From the NCBI GenBank assembly GCA_019057385.1, contig JAHQJS010000007.1, positions 32,001 through 96,000 on the forward strand: a DNA stretch of 64,000 nucleotides, given 5' to 3'. Below the pieces are notes generated by a model. That model worked only from the letters and a program-made list of their open reading frames with translations. It made no database searches and was not told where the DNA came from. A program made the translations under genes and the position numbers. This document shows positions 27,394-37,770 of the stretch, in pieces (positions within the stretch are counted from its first letter, which is position 1; each line of letters opens with the position of its first letter). Source of the DNA: Candidatus Borrarchaeum weybense. GTDB lineage: Archaea > Asgardarchaeota > Sifarchaeia > Borrarchaeales > Borrarchaeaceae.

Positions 27394-30348
27394 CTATTCT
27401 TTGCCACTATACTCACAGGATGGATTTAAACACCTTATCTTGCTTTTAGATTTAAAGAGAGGGAGACCACATTGACATTTTTCATCGTGCAATATTGCGT
27501 AGTTGGGCAGCACAAAAGCAGTTTTACAGGGATTCTCATCATTATAATAATTACTACAACCGACAGCCAAACCGATTCTCCGAAGAAAGATAAGCGGCTC
27601 ACCGCATTTTGGACATGAATATTTTTCTTTTTCAAATTTCTCCTTCACAATCATGTCAGGATTCTGACACTGCCGATCGATACAGCAGGTAATATCATAC
27701 CCGCCATAAATATGGTGCATTTTGGGAAGTCCACATCTTTCACATCTTTCAGTCAACAATTTAGCGGTCTTTGGAACTCTATATGATATACCGCAAAGTG
27801 AGCAAATAATCTCATCTTTTTTCTTTACTAAATCGTGTCCACAATTCTTGCAGACACCAATTTTCTTTGAAGAAATATCCACTATTTTTTCTTTTTTTGG
27901 TTTTTTCTCTATTTTATTAATTTCTAAGGTTTTTTTGGGACGAGGCTTTATCACCTTGATTTTTTTCTTGTTAATTATCGGTAAGCTCTCAAAATCGATG
28001 AATGAAACAATTGATTCACATAGAATAGTTTGTTGTATTGGAGACGTAATATAAACAGGAAAAATCCAGTCTTCTTCTTTATTTAGAAATAAAGCCTGTT
28101 CTATTAATTTCTTTTTGTTTAACAACAGTGTTGCATTGATACGTACAGGAAAACTCCAATTTTTTAATCTGAAAAGTGCTTCTTGAGATTCATCAATGTT
28201 CATTCTTTCTCTAATATCCCATTCAGCAGTGATAATAGGCATTTCGTTGATTTTTTTTCGGATCTTTTCTGCATTAGCCTTTTTGATACCAAGTTTAATC
28301 ATTTCTTCTACACTGAGTTGTATCAAGTCCTTTAATCCCATAACATTTGCACTCGCTAACAATGTCGCTATTCTTGCGCCTATACCTCTAACTTGTATTA
28401 ATTCCGAAAATTCCTCAGGTAGTGAATATTCTAGTAAAACACTAAGCCTTTTGATCTTTTCACGAATTAGAATGGATTCAGAGAATTCATCACAGAAACG
28501 TTCCAAAGCCGACAATAGTCTATTAGCGTTTTGTTTTATAACGCGTGCGTCTGTCTGAAACTCAATATCAATTTTTACACCGCCTTTAAGAGATGCAAGC
28601 AAGACTGCGAATACCTTTTCTTGATGTTTTTTCAGATCTTTTACATAACCAGATGCCGAATAACTCTCAATGACATCTCGAAAGACCCCCCGTTCATTTT
28701 TTCTAACTACCATATCGTCAAATTCGCTGGCTTTTGACACAAGTGCAAGGATTTCTTCATCATCAATGATTTCATGAGAGTGAACTGCAACTGCATCAAA
28801 AAAAAGTTTTCCAGTATCTAAACGCAAATAGAACTTTGAGGTGAGGCTTCCTAAAGGTGTGGAAACAAGCCCCAGCTCTGTTTTATTTATAAATCCATCT
28901 GTGATAAGCCGTTCGATACATTCATTTGTAGTATCCATTATTTCTTGTATCTTTAGTTCATCCTTTTGAGAACTATACAAGAACGTGCTTTTCAACCAAT
29001 CACTTATTTCAGCTTCTGTTTTAATAAAATTCAAACTAATCTCTGCATTGAGATGCTCTTCTAATGTTTCGGTTAATCTTGATTCTATTTCTTTCCCAGT
29101 TAATAGTCCCCGATAGTATTCAACGTTTCTTTTTTCTGTAATGATGATCCCATATCCTAGCGCATCAAATTGAGGTCTACCTGCTCTTCCAAGCATCTGA
29201 AGTAGATCTAAAGGGCTTATTTCCTTTTTACCTTTCAAGGGGTCATAGACCGTTGTGTCTTGTACTACAACCACACGAGCAGGCAAGTTCACTCCCCATG
29301 CCAGCGTTGAGGTGGACGCAAGCACCTTTAGAAGTCTATTCTTGAAAGCGGATTCAACAATCTCACGATCATTTCTACTCAAACCCGCATGGTGAAAGGC
29401 TATTCCGTCGACAAAACAGGTACGTAAAATATCATTAACGATCTCTTTTGACATCTTCCCCAATAATTCAGCCTCTTTATTTCCTAAAAGCAATTTTTCG
29501 TTTTCTGAAAAGTTTTGTAATAATTTTTGCGCAGTATCTACAGCCCCGCGTCTACTTGAGACAAAAACTAATGCTTGACCACCAGCATCAATGTGTGGGA
29601 CGATTAAATCGTAACTGAGTTGAATTTTCAGATGCTTATTATTCCATCTATTCTTCGTATCTGGTTTATACCCACAAACGGTCGCTTCTAGATTTACAGG
29701 TCTGTAAATGTCATCAAAAACAAAGGTGCCCGATTTCTTTGCACCTAACCATGCTGCTACGTCTTCAATATTCTTCATTGTAGCACTCAAAGCTACTATT
29801 CGTAAAGCTTCATTAAGTTTTTTTAAACGTGATATCAGTACCTCTAAAGCTCCTCCTCTTTCGGGTGAGTCTAAAAGATGTACTTCATCGATTATAATAG
29901 TATCTATACGGTTGATAAACTCGTATGTAGTGCTCATGAATTTTCTACTAGCACTATCAACTTTTTCAGGTGTAGATATTATTATATGTGCTTTAGCGGC
30001 TTTTCTAGGCTCAATCTCAGTTTCTCCAGTTGTAACATACACGTTATAGCCTAAAGGTTCGAATTTATTGGTCCACTCATCAAGTTTTTCGTAACTTAGG
30101 GCTTTGTATGGTGCTATGTAAACGACTTTTTTAGTGGAATCATTTTGATGCTTTATTAAAGCCCTTAAAATAGCAAGTTCACCGATAACTGTTTTGCCGG
30201 AAGCTGTGGGAGCTGCAACAACCACATTCTCTTCCCGGTTAAAAGTGATATCAAAAACAGCCGATTGCATCTTATTAAAACGTTCAAAGGGAAATACACT
30301 TTTTAATGTTTCAGGAATCACTTCTGTTACTTTTAGTTCAACAGCCAC
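27394..30348 (-). CDS. Ski2-like (Hel308/Mer3/Brr2-type) helicase with Sec63/HhH region and C-terminal multi-Zn-ribbon domain
   Basis: FNKMQS, APTASGKT, DEVH, LSAT, FHHAGL, STLAWGVNLPA, QMLGRAGRPQFD, GIGA HhH; many CxxC pairs at the C-terminus. Confidence 0.92.
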   Translation of the reverse strand: MAVELKVTEVIPETLKSVFPFERFNKMQSAVFDITFNREENVVVAAPTASGKTVIGELAILRALIKHQNDSTKKVVYIAPYKALSYEKLDEWTNKFEPLGYNVYVTTGETEIEPRKAAKAHIIISTPEKVDSASRKFMSTTYEFINRIDTIIIDEVHLLDSPERGGALEVLISRLKKLNEALRIVALSATMKNIEDVAAWLGAKKSGTFVFDDIYRPVNLEATVCGYKPDTKNRWNNKHLKIQLSYDLIVPHIDAGGQALVFVSSRRGAVDTAQKLLQNFSENEKLLLGNKEAELLGKMSKEIVNDILRTCFVDGIAFHHAGLSRNDREIVESAFKNRLLKVLASTSTLAWGVNLPARVVVVQDTTVYDPLKGKKEISPLDLLQMLGRAGRPQFDALGYGIIITEKRNVEYYRGLLTGKEIESRLTETLEEHLNAEISLNFIKTEAEISDWLKSTFLYSSQKDELKIQEIMDTTNECIERLITDGFINKTELGLVSTPLGSLTSKFYLRLDTGKLFFDAVAVHSHEIIDDEEILALVSKASEFDDMVVRKNERGVFRDVIESYSASGYVKDLKKHQEKVFAVLLASLKGGVKIDIEFQTDARVIKQNANRLLSALERFCDEFSESILIREKIKRLSVLLEYSLPEEFSELIQVRGIGARIATLLASANVMGLKDLIQLSVEEMIKLGIKKANAEKIRKKINEMPIITAEWDIRERMNIDESQEALFRLKNWSFPVRINATLLLNKKKLIEQALFLNKEEDWIFPVYITSPIQQTILCESIVSFIDFESLPIINKKKIKVIKPRPKKTLEINKIEKKPKKEKIVDISSKKIGVCKNCGHDLVKKKDEIICSLCGISYRVPKTAKLLTERCERCGLPKMHHIYGGYDITCCIDRQCQNPDMIVKEKFEKEKYSCPKCGEPLIFLRRIGLAVGCSNYYNDENPCKTAFVLPNYAILHDEKCQCGLPLFKSKSKIRCLNPSCEYSGKE

Positions 30349-30563
30349 TACAATTCCTCAAAAATATTTGGAGTAACCAGTTCATGAATAACGCACAGGT
30401 CATTTATTGATTGAACATTCAGTAATAAACGTTTTCCATACTTCATTTTTTAATAACAAATTAAAGAAAATATCTAACGTCAGTTCTAATACTATTGCAT
30501 TGTTTTCGAATTTTGCTTCAAATATAATACACCTTAAGAAATTCATCTATTAGCATTTAAATT

Positions 30564-30638
30564 AAAAAATAAGGGGGGGAGATTTTGAGAATACTTAGGA
30601 GGGATCCAGGCGTTTGTTAAATCTCAAAATCTCTCTAC
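30564..30638 (-). ncRNA. Candidate ~70-nt hairpin sRNA with anti-Shine-Dalgarno-like loop
   Basis: Minus-strand TTTTTAAAT at 30666-30658, 12-bp perfect stem GAGATTTTGAGA/TCTCAAAATCTC, loop containing CTGGATCCCTCCT, T-rich end. Confidence 0.55.
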
Positions 30639-30853
30639 TATCATTTGAATGCACCTCATTTAAAAACAAATGAATCCTACATGAATTTTTAAATTTATAG
30701 AATAACGCATTTCCTAAGATTTCAACAACTTCTTTTAGTAGAAATCATATCTTGACTTTTTACAACCCTTTAGCATGATTTCTGCTTTATAAACGAACTC
30801 CAAAGATAGTATATGACTATCCAGTTTACTAGGAGTGTATTGAAATAACAATT

Positions 30854-32812
30854 ATGAGTTCATCGCTACTAACATACTTTCCGTATTCAAATTTGAGACC
30901 TCATCAAGACAAATTAATTCTCCTTTCAAAAAATGTCATTAAAAACGGACTTAATGCCATCATAGAGGCACCAACTGGTATCGGCAAGACTTTAGGTATA
31001 TTAGCAGGAGTTCTTCCTGAATTAATTACGCATGATATGAAATTGCTGTATGTTTGCAGAACTCACACACAAATGACCCGAGTAATTGAAGAACTAAGAG
31101 CAATCGTTGCCAAAAGAGGTCATCACATCAAAGGTATCTCAATTGGTGGTAAGCATGTAATGTGTTTAAAATCGAATGTACGCAATATTCCTGACGCTGA
31201 GATCTTAAACGATACTTGCAATGCAATTAAGAAGAAATGTCACTTTTTTCAAAGAACAAAAGGATTCAATATTGAATCTTTGCTCGATGAACTTAATAAA
31301 TGCCCAATGACTAGCCAAGATGTTTACAAATTTTCAAAAATGCATGGATTATGCCCATTTGAACTACAGAAGAAATTATTGCCAAATATGGATGTTATAA
31401 CATTATCTTATCAATATTTTTTTAACCCAATACTACGATACTACGTTATTGAGAGATTTATTGAGTTGGCAAATTGTTTTATCATCTTAGACGAGGCCCA
31501 TAACCTGCCCAGTATCGTTAAATCCATTATATCACTAAAACTTAAATTATCAAGCATCAAGAACGCTCTTGAAGAAGTACAAACTTACCCTCATATAGTA
31601 CAACTTAAAAACCCTGAAACAATCAGTGACTTCTTATCGAATATCTATGTGAAAACAATTGAATATGCACGTTCGAAAAGGAGAGAGAACAAAGAGGTCA
31701 AAATTACATCTAGAAAGGAAAAAGATACTTTTCGAAGCCATATTTCCTTATGTACGGACCTTGATAAACAAGGAATTAACTTTTTAATCGATCGGATAAT
31801 CGCATGGGGCGAAAGAATTAGAGAATATCGAGCAAAAAGCGAGAATGTTGCGCGGTCATCGCTTTATAGGGTCGGAAAGTTTCTAAAATCAATGGAAAAG
31901 GCAGTTACAGATCCCGTTTTTGAAGTGATTTTAAAAAAACAAAAACTCCCTTCTAAAGAAACATATCTTTTAGAACTTATATCATTCGATCCAAGACCTA
32001 TAACACAGCCACTATTCGACCGCGTATACGGATCTATTGCAATGTCAGGGACAATGCAACCTTTAAATGCGTTTGCAGATGTCGTTGGGCTGAATACCCC
32101 TCTTTACGAAGCGTTTAGTTCACCATACAATACCGATAATTTTCTTGTTCTTGGAGTTTCGAAACTCCATAGCAAAGGAGGAGGTAGGAAAATGCTCCTA
32201 GGAATGCAAAATGCCTATGTTGATAGGCTCACAGAGGTAATAAGAAATACAGATGGAAATATAGGTGTTTTCTGCGCATCTTATGACATTTTAAGTTTGT
32301 TGGAAACCCCATTATCAAAAAAAGTCGATGAACTTGGAAAATTTCTTTTTGTTGAACAAGCTAATATGCCATCCTATCTTAGTGAAAGAATGGTAGGAGA
32401 ATTCAAAAAATTTGGCGATCTTGGGGGAGCTGTATTATTGGGTGTAATGGGAGGTAGGAACTCAGAAGGTCAAGACTTTCCAGGAAGGACCATGTCGTCC
32501 GTATGCATTGTGGGTGTTCCTTTTTCACAGTTTAATATTAGAACTAAGCTAGAAATCCAGTATTATGAGCGTGCTTTCCCAAGAAAAGGAAGACTCTACG
32601 CTTACATCATACCTGCTATGCGACGAGCAGCACAGGCAGCTGGAAGAGTTATTCGATCCTTATCAGATCGGGGTATCATCATCTTTATGGATCAGCGTTA
32701 CCTCTACCGTACCTATAACAGATTTTTGCCGTTATGGTTACGAGAAAATATGAAACAGGTGAATATCAAACCTGGTAATTTAGGCAAAAAAGTAATAAGC
32801 TTTTTTAATTAG
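30854..32812 (+). CDS. XPD/Rad3/DinG-family Fe-S DNA helicase
   Basis: LRPHQ, EAPTGIGKT, RTHTQ, four Fe-S-type Cys (MCL, TCN, KCH, LCPF), DEAHNL, SGT, SEGQDF, QAAGRVIRS. Confidence 0.92.
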   Translation: MSSSLLTYFPYSNLRPHQDKLILLSKNVIKNGLNAIIEAPTGIGKTLGILAGVLPELITHDMKLLYVCRTHTQMTRVIEELRAIVAKRGHHIKGISIGGKHVMCLKSNVRNIPDAEILNDTCNAIKKKCHFFQRTKGFNIESLLDELNKCPMTSQDVYKFSKMHGLCPFELQKKLLPNMDVITLSYQYFFNPILRYYVIERFIELANCFIILDEAHNLPSIVKSIISLKLKLSSIKNALEEVQTYPHIVQLKNPETISDFLSNIYVKTIEYARSKRRENKEVKITSRKEKDTFRSHISLCTDLDKQGINFLIDRIIAWGERIREYRAKSENVARSSLYRVGKFLKSMEKAVTDPVFEVILKKQKLPSKETYLLELISFDPRPITQPLFDRVYGSIAMSGTMQPLNAFADVVGLNTPLYEAFSSPYNTDNFLVLGVSKLHSKGGGRKMLLGMQNAYVDRLTEVIRNTDGNIGVFCASYDILSLLETPLSKKVDELGKFLFVEQANMPSYLSERMVGEFKKFGDLGGAVLLGVMGGRNSEGQDFPGRTMSSVCIVGVPFSQFNIRTKLEIQYYERAFPRKGRLYAYIIPAMRRAAQAAGRVIRSLSDRGIIIFMDQRYLYRTYNRFLPLWLRENMKQVNIKPGNLGKKVISFFN

Positions 32813-32866
32813 CCTTCATGGTTTTTTCAAAATCATCTCTTTATAAACAAACTGAGCTCATTTTTT

Positions 32867-33403
32867 ATGATGATAGAAATGACTATTGAGGAAATTCTGA
32901 AAAGAGAAATTGAATATTACGAGCAAAAACGTTACAAAAAAGCTGCAAAGGAATACAGGAAGCCCGTATATGACGAGCCGATAACTTATATGGCATGGTA
33001 TAATTTAGGATTAGATCACTTTGAATTAGGTGAGTTCAGTAAAGCGATTAATTGTTATCGAAAAGCCTTGGAACATAATCCTGAAGCTGAAGATGTATGG
33101 AACAGCATGGGATTAGCTTTTGGAGCAATGGGTGAACACAAAAAAGAAATTGACTGTTATCAAAAGGCGTTGAAACTTAATTCAAAGAATGCGGATACAT
33201 GGTACAACATGGGAGTCGCCTATTATGAGTCTGGAGAACCCAAGAAGGCGATTGAATATCAGAAAAAAGCAGTAAAAATTGATCCAGAACATGTTTTCGC
33301 ATGGCTCTCTATGGCAGGAGCATATGGACAGCTGGGAGATAGAATCAAAGTCGATGAATGCCAAGAAAAGGCAGCGGAATTTCTTAGATTTAATGCGATT
33401 TAG
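32867..33403 (+). CDS. TPR-repeat protein
   Basis: Repeated AWYNLG...AIxCYxKALxxNP units. Confidence 0.9.
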   Translation: MMIEMTIEEILKREIEYYEQKRYKKAAKEYRKPVYDEPITYMAWYNLGLDHFELGEFSKAINCYRKALEHNPEAEDVWNSMGLAFGAMGEHKKEIDCYQKALKLNSKNADTWYNMGVAYYESGEPKKAIEYQKKAVKIDPEHVFAWLSMAGAYGQLGDRIKVDECQEKAAEFLRFNAI

Positions 33404-33558
33404 TTCATATTCTCTCTTATGCTTTCATTCCTAATTTTCAGGAACTTCTATTATAAGTGAATGCCTGTCGAATCAGATAATGTTATATAATTTTCTGACA
33501 GATTATTTGAAAATCTAAAAAGTTCTTTACTTGATTTTTTGAAAATGGAGATGAACAT

Positions 33559-33984
33559 ATGCCTATTAAGAATGGGGATAAGATAAAAGTCGAATACACT
33601 GGAACGCTTGAAGATGGAACTGTTTTTGACACGTCAGAAGGAAGAGAGCCATTAGAATTCCAAGCAGGTTCCGGACAGGTTATAAAAGGATTTGATAACG
33701 CAGTAATTGGGATGGAAGTTGGAGAAGAAAAAAAGGTCGAAATGCCTCCATCAGAAGCTTATGGTGAGTATGATCCAAATCTTATAAAGAAAATACCATT
33801 GGACAAACTACCACCAGGAGAAGAACCCAAGCCAGGAATGGTGCTCGAATTAAGAACCTCGGACGGAATAGGCTTCCCTGCAAGAATAACAGAAGTAGCT
33901 GAAAAAGAGATAACTATTGATTTAAATCATCCATTGGCTGGAAAGACCTTGATTTTTGAAATAAAAGTCTTAGATATTTCCTAA
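33559..33984 (+). CDS. slyD: FKBP-type peptidyl-prolyl isomerase (SlyD-like)
   Basis: YTGTLEDGTVFDTS, GQVIKGFD, AYG, DLNHPLAGKTL. Confidence 0.92.
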   Translation: MPIKNGDKIKVEYTGTLEDGTVFDTSEGREPLEFQAGSGQVIKGFDNAVIGMEVGEEKKVEMPPSEAYGEYDPNLIKKIPLDKLPPGEEPKPGMVLELRTSDGIGFPARITEVAEKEITIDLNHPLAGKTLIFEIKVLDIS

Positions 33985-34013
33985 TTCTTTATTTTTCATC
34001 ATTCCATATTTAT

Positions 34014-34269
34014 AATATTCTCCACAAGAAGACCCCTCAACTTGTTGGGGGGATGAATTGCATTACTTGTTTCACTTTCACAACAGTCTCTAACCTTTAA
34101 ATAGCTATGTGCACATAACAAGTAGGCAGAATTGAGCTGAGGTCATACTCGCCGGTTCTCAAAATAACATCACGTTCAGGGCAGGGACTGCCCGTAGAGC
34201 CTGTTTGACATGTCCCGTTGGGGAATGGATGATTCAGGAAGCCAGCCTACTTGTAGGGTGGTAGTTCAC
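34014..34269 (+). mobile_element. Second non-autonomous IS200/IS605 omegaRNA cassette
   Basis: Follows TTTAT (34009-34013); same organisation as 26351-26608; ends GTAGTTCAC and supplies the stop codon of the convergent HAD gene. Confidence 0.9.
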
Positions 34270-34871
34270 TCTGATGAAAATATTCCTGAAGAAAGAAGCG
34301 TAGGTAAGCCTTTTAAGTTGGAGATCACAGTAAATCCGCTTCCATGTCTATTTGGGTCATAGAAGTTCTTTCTATCTATAAGAACAGCATTGCATCCGAG
34401 TTCAAGTGCTGAATAGACATCATTTAATTTATCGCCAATGACGAGGACTTCAGTAGCATGTAATTGGACATTCGATAAAATTAACTTGATTTGACCAATT
34501 CTAGTCGCCTCATCGTCCCTTGTAGCAATGGGTATACCTTGTATACCTAGTCTTTCAATAATTATTCGAGTTACATTTGCACCTTGAAATGTCACCACTC
34601 CAAGTCTGTATTTAGATGATAACTCTCTTAACAGTTCAGGTGAGTCATCTAGAAATTCAAGTTGACTAAGGGAAGCGAGTTCATATTCTTCAATGGTTCT
34701 CGATACTACTTCAAATTTTTCAGTATCCCAAATCCTCGTAACAAGTTCCAACAACGACTTAAACTCTACTCCTAACAAGTCTTCAATACGACTAACTACT
34801 TTCCCCCAGTCTATTGAAAGGTGAACTAACGTTCTATCCAAGTCGAAGATTATACCTTGGACTTTAGACAT
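34266..34871 (-). CDS. HAD-superfamily hydrolase
   Basis: IFDLDRTL, VIGDKLNDV. Confidence 0.85.
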   Translation of the reverse strand: MSKVQGIIFDLDRTLVHLSIDWGKVVSRIEDLLGVEFKSLLELVTRIWDTEKFEVVSRTIEEYELASLSQLEFLDDSPELLRELSSKYRLGVVTFQGANVTRIIIERLGIQGIPIATRDDEATRIGQIKLILSNVQLHATEVLVIGDKLNDVYSALELGCNAVLIDRKNFYDPNRHGSGFTVISNLKGLPTLLSSGIFSSE

Positions 34872-34887
34872 GATTTTTCACCACGAT

Positions 34888-35169
34888 TTAAACCTTTAAA
34901 TGAATTTTCATTACATAAAGTACGCTAAAAGATAACCCCGTCCAAATGAGCCAATCAAGAATTAAAAAATGCCAAATAATGACTTTCGGTGCTCCAGGAT
35001 AGACAACTTGTTTTAACCACGGCAGGGGGTATCCCCAATACCCAACTCCAAGGAGACTTGGAGGTATATTTGGCAACAAACCCGAAAAACTTGTTATGAT
35101 TCCTCCTATGATAAGTGAGGGGAGAACTAGTCTTTTTAAAAAGGTCATGTTGATTGTCATAATCATCAC
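34888..35169 (-). CDS. Small two-TM membrane protein
   Basis: Two hydrophobic segments flanking a YWGYPLPWL loop. Confidence 0.65.
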   Translation of the reverse strand: MMIMTINMTFLKRLVLPSLIIGGIITSFSGLLPNIPPSLLGVGYWGYPLPWLKQVVYPGAPKVIIWHFLILDWLIWTGLSFSVLYVMKIHLKV

Positions 35170-35191
35170 TAGAAAAGGAAACTCAAAGGAA

Positions 35192-35214
35192 ATTTCTCAC
35201 AATATTTGAGAAAT
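35192..35214. promoter_or_regulatory. Candidate operator between divergent genes
   Basis: Perfect inverted repeat ATTTCTCA-N7-TGAGAAAT next to a TTTTTAA TATA-like box. Confidence 0.4.
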
Positions 35215-35324
35215 CTTTTTAATTCAAGTATCGTCAGTGGATACCAGACTATTTCAACCTATCTTTGTGTTGATCGCCCCGCTCCGGGGTGCTTTCAACT
35301 TTAATTGACTGCTAATGACTTTAA

Positions 35325-36950
35325 ATGCAAAATTGGATCGTGATTATCCTGAAAAAACGACCAGATGGGCGTAAAATCGTCTTAACTTCTTCAGCTATCG
35401 AACTTTCTGGCTTTAGACGCAACCCCTTTTTCGCATTCGTCGCTTCGTTCCCTAAAGGATTCTTGCCTTTATCTTTCTGTAGGAAATATTACCCGCCAGT
35501 TCTAAAGAAAGACGTTGCTCCTTCAGAAAAAGGGATCACTCATTATGCGCCATACGGATTAAGAAAAGTAGAAGCGAGTTTAATAGACAATGGAGGCTTT
35601 GATGAGTCAGATGTTGTGTGTGTCCATCCATACTATCTTGATAAATTTGTTGGACCAAAAACAAAAGTTGTCGGAATAAGTGCCATGGAGTCTCTTGGGT
35701 TAGCTTACGTGAGTTTAACGTACTCGAACTTGTTGCGCACTTTTGGCGACATGAGTTCGATATCATTAAACGCCATTGAATTTCAGAAACTGTGTCACAA
35801 TAAGGCTTTACGCACATTCAGACCAAAGGTCATCGTAGGAGGGGCAGGGGCGTGGCAATTAAAGGGAACTAAGACGCGGAAGTTTCTTGGCGTCGATTCT
35901 GTAATGATTGGCGAGGGCGATAAAGAAGTACCAAAACTTTTTAGAACAGCTGCTGAGGGTAAGGAAATCCCCCCTGTAGTGTACACATCATCCCCAGAGG
36001 AAGACGACATTCCAGTAATCAAACATGCATCCATCTATGGAAATGTTGAGATTTCAAGAGGTTGTGGAAGACATTGCCAGTTCTGTACGCCAACCATGCA
36101 GAAACGCCGCGATGTCCCAATGTCAAAAATAATCGCAGAAGTTGAGGTTAATGTTAAAGAAGGAGCAGATATGATTACGACCGCCACAGAAGATGCCTTA
36201 CTCTACAAATGCAAAGATAAGAAATTCATGCCGAATGAAGACGCTGTAATAGGGTTATTTAAAAAACTCGCTAGTTATGATCAGATACAAAGCATTCAGC
36301 CTGCCCATATTAGTTTGGCACCTGTTGTTGCAGTACCAAAATTGATAGACGAGTTATCTAACATCTTACTTGAGAAGAGCTACTATAAGCATAACGGAAA
36401 ACCAAAAATAGCAGTAGAAACAGGCATTGAGACTGGGAGTACTCGCCTAATGGAAAAATACATGCGTGGAAAGATGCTTCCATTTAAACCTGAAGAGTGG
36501 CCAGAAATTGTAACTCAAGCATATGGTATTTTAAACGATAATGATTGGGTTCCTTTGTCAACTTTGATTGTAGGATTTCCCGAAGAAACGGAAGAGGATA
36601 CAATCAAAACTCTTGAACTTATTGATGATTTAAAATCATATACATCCTTTTTTGTTCCTCTGTTATTTGTTCCACTTGATAAATGTATTTTACAAAATGA
36701 GAGAGGCGCAGATCTAGATTCTCTATCTGATTTGCAATGGGAGTTTTTATCGAGATGTTGGAGATATAATGTGAAAATTTGGAAAGATACTTGGTTTAGC
36801 TTTGAAAGTTTCTATAGAAAAGTGCTACATAGTTCTCTCGCCAAAGTTATGTTTCCATTTATTGGAGCTGCTGCGTATCTTACATGGTTTAGAGGAAGAT
36901 CAGGCGCCCAGTATTACAAAAAATTTATCTTTGAGGCTTCCCGAATTTAG
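35325..36950 (+). CDS. Radical SAM protein with N-terminal B12-binding-like domain
   Basis: EISRGCGRHCQFC, VIVGGAGAWQ, GIETGS, IVGFPEET. Confidence 0.9.
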   Translation: MQNWIVIILKKRPDGRKIVLTSSAIELSGFRRNPFFAFVASFPKGFLPLSFCRKYYPPVLKKDVAPSEKGITHYAPYGLRKVEASLIDNGGFDESDVVCVHPYYLDKFVGPKTKVVGISAMESLGLAYVSLTYSNLLRTFGDMSSISLNAIEFQKLCHNKALRTFRPKVIVGGAGAWQLKGTKTRKFLGVDSVMIGEGDKEVPKLFRTAAEGKEIPPVVYTSSPEEDDIPVIKHASIYGNVEISRGCGRHCQFCTPTMQKRRDVPMSKIIAEVEVNVKEGADMITTATEDALLYKCKDKKFMPNEDAVIGLFKKLASYDQIQSIQPAHISLAPVVAVPKLIDELSNILLEKSYYKHNGKPKIAVETGIETGSTRLMEKYMRGKMLPFKPEEWPEIVTQAYGILNDNDWVPLSTLIVGFPEETEEDTIKTLELIDDLKSYTSFFVPLLFVPLDKCILQNERGADLDSLSDLQWEFLSRCWRYNVKIWKDTWFSFESFYRKVLHSSLAKVMFPFIGAAAYLTWFRGRSGAQYYKKFIFEASRI

Positions 36951-37023
36951 TTTATTTCAAAAAGTCGATTATTTAGATAATAACTCATTTTAGAGGTTAA
37001 AAACTCCAAAAATGTGAAATTGA

Positions 37024-37770
37024 ATGAAAAATCTCATCCAGCTTCGTCGATATTATGAAAGAGAAGGAGAAATTCAAAATCATCAAGAATTATTGTTTTT
37101 AAAAACGTCTAACGTTTTTTTGATGCATGAACAAAGATATCGACTTTTAGAAACGCTAAAACTCGTCCCACATTCCAAGAATCTTTTAGATATTGGATGT
37201 GGGGAAGGTTTAATGACAAATCTATTCCAAGCAGATTTGAAAGTAGGGATAGATATTTCGGCTAATAAAATTAAAAGGGCTAGAAAAAAGAAGGCCATTC
37301 ACTACATTGTTGCAGACGCACATCATCTGCCTTTTAAAGAAAAATACTTTGACACATCGATTTGTACAGAAACACTGGAACACTTAGCATCTCCAGAAAT
37401 GGTTTTTCAAGAAATGAGTAGCGTAACATCGCAATATATAATCTTAAGTATTCCCTTGATTTCTTTTATTGAAAATACTCTCTTAAGAATGCAAGATACC
37501 AGTATAGGCTTTAATGAGATAGGAAAAGGTCACTTAAGGGTCTATGATAAAAAATCCCTGAAAAAAGAGTTAGAGAGTCTGGAGCATTTTAAAATAAAGA
37601 AAGTCAAGTGTGGGTGCTTTGGCTTTCATAATCTTCTTAGAATAGTGCTTGGAGGCTTGATGAGCGTTAATTTTTCTCTTAAAATATGCACACTTTTTGA
37701 CAAAACACTCTCAAGATTTTTACCCTTTAGATCTAAACATTTAATTCTTTCATTGAAAGCAACTAAATGA
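37024..37770 (+). CDS. Class I SAM-dependent methyltransferase
   Basis: LLDIGCGEG, GIDIS, ADAHHLPF, ETLEH. Confidence 0.88.
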   Translation: MKNLIQLRRYYEREGEIQNHQELLFLKTSNVFLMHEQRYRLLETLKLVPHSKNLLDIGCGEGLMTNLFQADLKVGIDISANKIKRARKKKAIHYIVADAHHLPFKEKYFDTSICTETLEHLASPEMVFQEMSSVTSQYIILSIPLISFIENTLLRMQDTSIGFNEIGKGHLRVYDKKSLKKELESLEHFKIKKVKCGCFGFHNLLRIVLGGLMSVNFSLKICTLFDKTLSRFLPFRSKHLILSLKATK

